From: a virus
Taxonomy: Duplodnaviria; Caudoviricetes
DNA: 64,000 bases
IMG/VR virus record: IMGVR_UViG_3300030095_004938
Coordinates: 3,695-67,694 of that record
Direction: 5' to 3' (one strand)
Position 1 is the first letter of the stretch. Each line of letters begins with the position of its first letter. The notes below the pieces were generated by a model. The model was not told the DNA's origin, did no database searches, and was given only the letters and a program-made list of their open reading frames with translations. The position numbers and the translations under genes are program-made. Shown in pieces: positions 61,213 through 64,000 of this stretch.

Positions 61213-61946
61213 CGGGCTCTGTTCCTCCTACTCGGCGTCGGCTCCTCGTCGATGTCAGCGAGCCCCAGGAACTTCATGTCGTGCTCCTTGCAGTAGCGTA
61301 GGAATGCCGCTCCGTGTAGCTCGCCGGGCTTCATCTCGATTCCGTGACCGACGGTGCCGCCTTTCCACGAACCCTTGCGCCTTCCAGTTTCGCCGGAGAA
61401 CTTGATCTCCAGGGTGCGTTGGATGCGAGGCTTGCAAAGCGATGACAGCCATCGAAACCAACCCGTACCTCGACGCCACTCGCGCTCCTCGATGTAGGTG
61501 CGCGCCGTGAGGCGCTCGCCGTCGAAGTCCTCGAAGAGGAATGTGTGCCCTGGGCAGTCTTCAAGCAAACGCAGCCACTCAAGGATGGGGTCGCTGCCAC
61601 GGGTGGCCAGGTGATTGCCACAGTGGTCGTAGAGGCTCTCCCGAACGTGCCTCCAGGCCGTCCACGGGATCTCCCAGCAGGCGGACTTCTCGATCTCGCC
61701 GTCGAAGGTCTGCACGCCGTAGCAGGAGTGCACGTATCCCTCCTGGATGTTCAAACCGTACTGCCTGCCGGGTTTGAACAGCCGTGGCAGTAGAACGAGC
61801 AGCGTTCGTCCGGCGACGTGGACCCGGAAGTGCGGCTCATCCTCGTCGGGGCCACCCGTGTCCAGGCAGAATCCGAACGGCGCGTAGCGGTCCCGTGCAT
61901 AGGTGAACGGGCCGAAATTCTTGTCGTTGTCGCTCCAGCGCATCAT
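61209..61946 (-). CDS. Conserved hypothetical phage protein
   Basis: WSDNDKNFGPFTY...FSGETGRRKGSWKGG...GIEM..GELH..AF.RYC. Confidence 0.72.
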   Translation of the reverse strand: MMRWSDNDKNFGPFTYARDRYAPFGFCLDTGGPDEDEPHFRVHVAGRTLLVLLPRLFKPGRQYGLNIQEGYVHSCYGVQTFDGEIEKSACWEIPWTAWRHVRESLYDHCGNHLATRGSDPILEWLRLLEDCPGHTFLFEDFDGERLTARTYIEEREWRRGTGWFRWLSSLCKPRIQRTLEIKFSGETGRRKGSWKGGTVGHGIEMKPGELHGAAFLRYCKEHDMKFLGLADIDEEPTPSRRNRAR

Positions 61947-62203
61947 CGTTCTCCCTCGAAGACGTGCCACACCAGGCCGCTGCGCATCTGCACGGTTCCG
62001 ATATATCCACTCGGGTCAAGGCACTGCCTGCCTCCAGTCGGGTGGACCTCAATCGTGCGTTCGCTGGCATCAATGGACGTGTCGACGTGCGCCCACAGCA
62101 CCAGATCGCCCGCCTGCTCGCCGACCGAGAGGATCGTGGCTGCGCTGGGCATCTCGACCGTGTTCATCCCCGGTTCCAAGGGGTACTTGTGGATGGTTCT
62201 CAT
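61943..62203 (-). CDS. Conserved small phage protein (MRTIHKYPL...LVWHVFE type)
   Basis: Recognisable motif pattern IxKY...LWAxVD...YIGTVQ...VWHVFE. Confidence 0.75.
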   Translation of the reverse strand: MRTIHKYPLEPGMNTVEMPSAATILSVGEQAGDLVLWAHVDTSIDASERTIEVHPTGGRQCLDPSGYIGTVQMRSGLVWHVFEGER

Positions 62204-62206
62204 GGG

Positions 62207-62578
62207 CTACCTCGTCACCCGCTCGATGGCGGAAAGTTCAGGGGTCAGTGCGGCGGCCAGCTCGTCGAAGGCCGCGCCGACGGACGACATGAAGAAGGGC
62301 AGGAGCAGCAAGGACAGGACGACCAGCGCGATGAGCTTGCTCGCAGCGGCGTCGCTCTCGCCCATCTCGTCCTCCCCTCGGAGCTTCCTGATCATCCGAA
62401 AGGCTGCGCGCAGGAAGGCGATGTAGAGCGCGGCGAAGATGCCCGAGAAGAGCAGCTCTGCCCCGAACGAGACCCAGTGCCGAGTGGCGACCTGCTCGAC
62501 GATGCCCGGCGCCTGCGCCGTGGCGAAGGCGATGCCGCGCTCCAAGAGGTCGCGGAAGTAGGGGAAGATGTCGTTCAT
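62207..62578 (-). CDS. Two-TM membrane protein
   Basis: LLFSGIFAALYIAFL and LIALVVLSLLLLPFFM. Confidence 0.7.
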   Translation of the reverse strand: MNDIFPYFRDLLERGIAFATAQAPGIVEQVATRHWVSFGAELLFSGIFAALYIAFLRAAFRMIRKLRGEDEMGESDAAASKLIALVVLSLLLLPFFMSSVGAAFDELAAALTPELSAIERVTR

Positions 62579-62880
62579 AGCACCCGCCCCTCCGCCCACG
62601 CCTGTGCCTGCGTCAGCGACTTCTCCACACGGCGCGCAGCGTTGCGCAAGACCACCTGATGACGGTCGCGGCTCGTGCCCTCCTTCGCCTTCGGGCAAGT
62701 GCGAAGACCGTGCGCCACAGCCTCCACATCGGACGGCGTGCCGCGCCAGGACGTGCCGAGATTCGTGAAGGACGTTCGGTCGCAGCGACCAAGCGCGGCA
62801 AGGGCCACAGGGCAGTCCAAGAAGGCACGGGCGCGGTGACTGAGCGAGAAACGGACGGAGATCGGGGTGTTCAGTGTCAT
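62575..62880 (-). CDS. Hypothetical protein
   Basis: ATG 62880; stop coupled to the next start. Confidence 0.55.
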   Translation of the reverse strand: MTLNTPISVRFSLSHRARAFLDCPVALAALGRCDRTSFTNLGTSWRGTPSDVEAVAHGLRTCPKAKEGTSRDRHQVVLRNAARRVEKSLTQAQAWAEGRVL

Positions 62881-62906
62881 TGGGTCGGTTGGGTAGAAGG
62901 GATGCG

Positions 62907-63176
62907 TTAGTAGTCGTTCGGATCGTATCCGCAAGCGGGGCAGGCGTCCTCGTCGGGGACCCAGGGCTCGTCTACGCAGCCGCACTGCCACAGGCCCTCG
63001 TACTTCTCCAGGTAGTCCAGCACCTCGCCGAAGACCCGGCGACGAACGCCGGTCACGATCTTGGAGTCGATCAGCTTGTCGTCGTTCGGTCGACGCGAGA
63101 GATCAAGCTGGGAAAGCCGGTCAGACTCCACGGCCTCACGATGGCGGAGGCGGACCCACACAAGCGGCGGCTTCAC
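62907..63176 (-). CDS. Hypothetical protein with C-terminal Cys cluster
   Basis: WQCGC...CPACGY. Confidence 0.6.
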   Translation of the reverse strand: MKPPLVWVRLRHREAVESDRLSQLDLSRRPNDDKLIDSKIVTGVRRRVFGEVLDYLEKYEGLWQCGCVDEPWVPDEDACPACGYDPNDY

Positions 63177-63324
63177 TGGCGGGGCTCCTCGTCGTTCAAG
63201 TCGACATAGCCAAGGTAGACCAGATCGCAGATCGCGTCCCAGAACTCGCGCGTGATCGAGAGCGGGTCACTTTCGAGCGATCCTTGATCCGCTGCGTGAG
63301 CTGGCCGCGCTTCCGTTGGGGCAT
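63173..63324 (-). pseudogene. Probable internally deleted, frameshifted gene
   Basis: ATG 63324 gives MPQRKRGQLTQRIKDRSK, while SITREFWDAICDLVYLGYVD lies in another frame and ends coupled to the next gene. Confidence 0.5.
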
Positions 63325-63791
63325 CAGACGGACTCCTCCTCGACCTGGGGGCGGTAGCGCTCGAACGCCTGCCCGAACTGCTTGCGGAAGAATGCGCGCT
63401 GCTCCTGCAAGGCGCGCAGCTTGGTGTGCAGCTTCTCCTCCTCACGACTGAAGTGACCCTCGATCGTCTCACGAGTGGGCAACAGGTCCGACTCGTACAT
63501 CGGCGCGATCTCGTTCTCGCCCTTGCCCTCCTGGATGCTCTCGAACTTCAACGGGCTCTCGGAGTGCGGCTCGATGTAGGCCACACGGATCGTCGGGCGG
63601 TTCTTGAAGTCGTCGAAGCCGACGATGCAGCCAGGGTAGGTGTTGAAGCCGCTGTAGTCCTTGATCAACACGCGGACGGCGTCGCCCACACGGTAGGTGT
63701 CGATCTTCTTGGCCGTGCGGAGGTCGACCTCCAGCTTCACACCCTCGATCTCGACAGTGCGGCGGAATTCCTCGGGAATGGGGTTGCTCAT
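63324..63791 (-). CDS. Conserved hypothetical phage protein
   Basis: VEIEGVKLEVDLRTAKKIDTYRVGD.V.VL...YPG.IVGFDDF...PTI.VAY; C-terminal coiled coil. Confidence 0.75.
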   Translation of the reverse strand: MSNPIPEEFRRTVEIEGVKLEVDLRTAKKIDTYRVGDAVRVLIKDYSGFNTYPGCIVGFDDFKNRPTIRVAYIEPHSESPLKFESIQEGKGENEIAPMYESDLLPTRETIEGHFSREEEKLHTKLRALQEQRAFFRKQFGQAFERYRPQVEEESV

Positions 63792-63843
63792 GGCGTTTCA
63801 GGCGGGTTTTGGGTTTCTTGGAGCGTAACAGGGCCGATCGCGG

Positions 63844-64000
63844 CCACAGAGGGGATTTCGGGTTCTCTGTGGTGATATTTTCGGGAGAGGGGGGATTTTC
63901 TGTGGTGGGAAACGGCGTGGGAGGGTTTTTGTGGCACGAAAAAGACGCCCCCAAGAACCGGGGCTCAAGGGGGCGTCGGATCTTTGTGGTGAGAAGTTGA
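63844..64000. promoter_or_regulatory. Non-coding G/T-skewed region with clustered TGTGG motifs upstream of the leftward accessory cluster
   Basis: CCACAGAG-N13-CTCTGTGG inverted repeat (63844-63872); further TGTGG at ~63901, ~63930, ~63985. Confidence 0.55.

Noticed and set aside
1-64000. tRNA, rRNA, integrase, transposase or diversity-generating retroelement
   Set aside because: No cloverleaf, recombinase, transposase or reverse transcriptase motifs noticed by eye; tRNAscan-SE and HMM searches would be needed to exclude them formally

Overview
This window holds most or all of a high-GC tailed dsDNA phage genome with siphovirus-like architecture. I saw no integrase, CI-type repressor, tRNA or CRISPR array. 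Layout: (i) 1-470 is a non-coding, C/A-skewed, repeat-rich end. (ii) 472-5485 is a leftward array of short early-type genes punctuated by seven copies of a conserved hairpin-forming element; it includes an ArdA-like acidic protein and a truncated ComM/YifB-like AAA+ fragment. (iii) 5909-7275 encodes two exported proteins, a lipoprotein with u-spanin-like topology and a choice-of-anchor-E-like protein. (iv) 7272-9862 is a leftward cluster of small genes with duplicated junctions. (v) 9908-23154 is a rightward replication/modification module: DUF6745-like pair, 3'-5' exonuclease, SNF2 helicase, RuvC-like resolvase, SSB-like protein, RepB-type primase-polymerase, UvrD-like helicase and DNA methyltransferase, with no family A/B/C polymerase recognised. 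(vi) 23228-56090 is the leftward morphogenesis module: TerS, TerL, portal, HK97-type protease and capsid, two decoration paralogues, head-tail proteins, two tail tube paralogues, chaperones, tape measure, tail tip and fibres, and membrane proteins. (vii) 56087-63791 is a leftward cluster of small accessory genes. The most striking observation is the 1381-aa protein in the distal-tail (Dit/gpM) position, whose C-terminal ~610 aa form an apparently intact formylglycine-type sulfatase (CAPTR motif plus the other canonical catalytic residues), suggesting a virion-borne sulfatase. All family assignments come from motif recognition by eye; no database searches were run.
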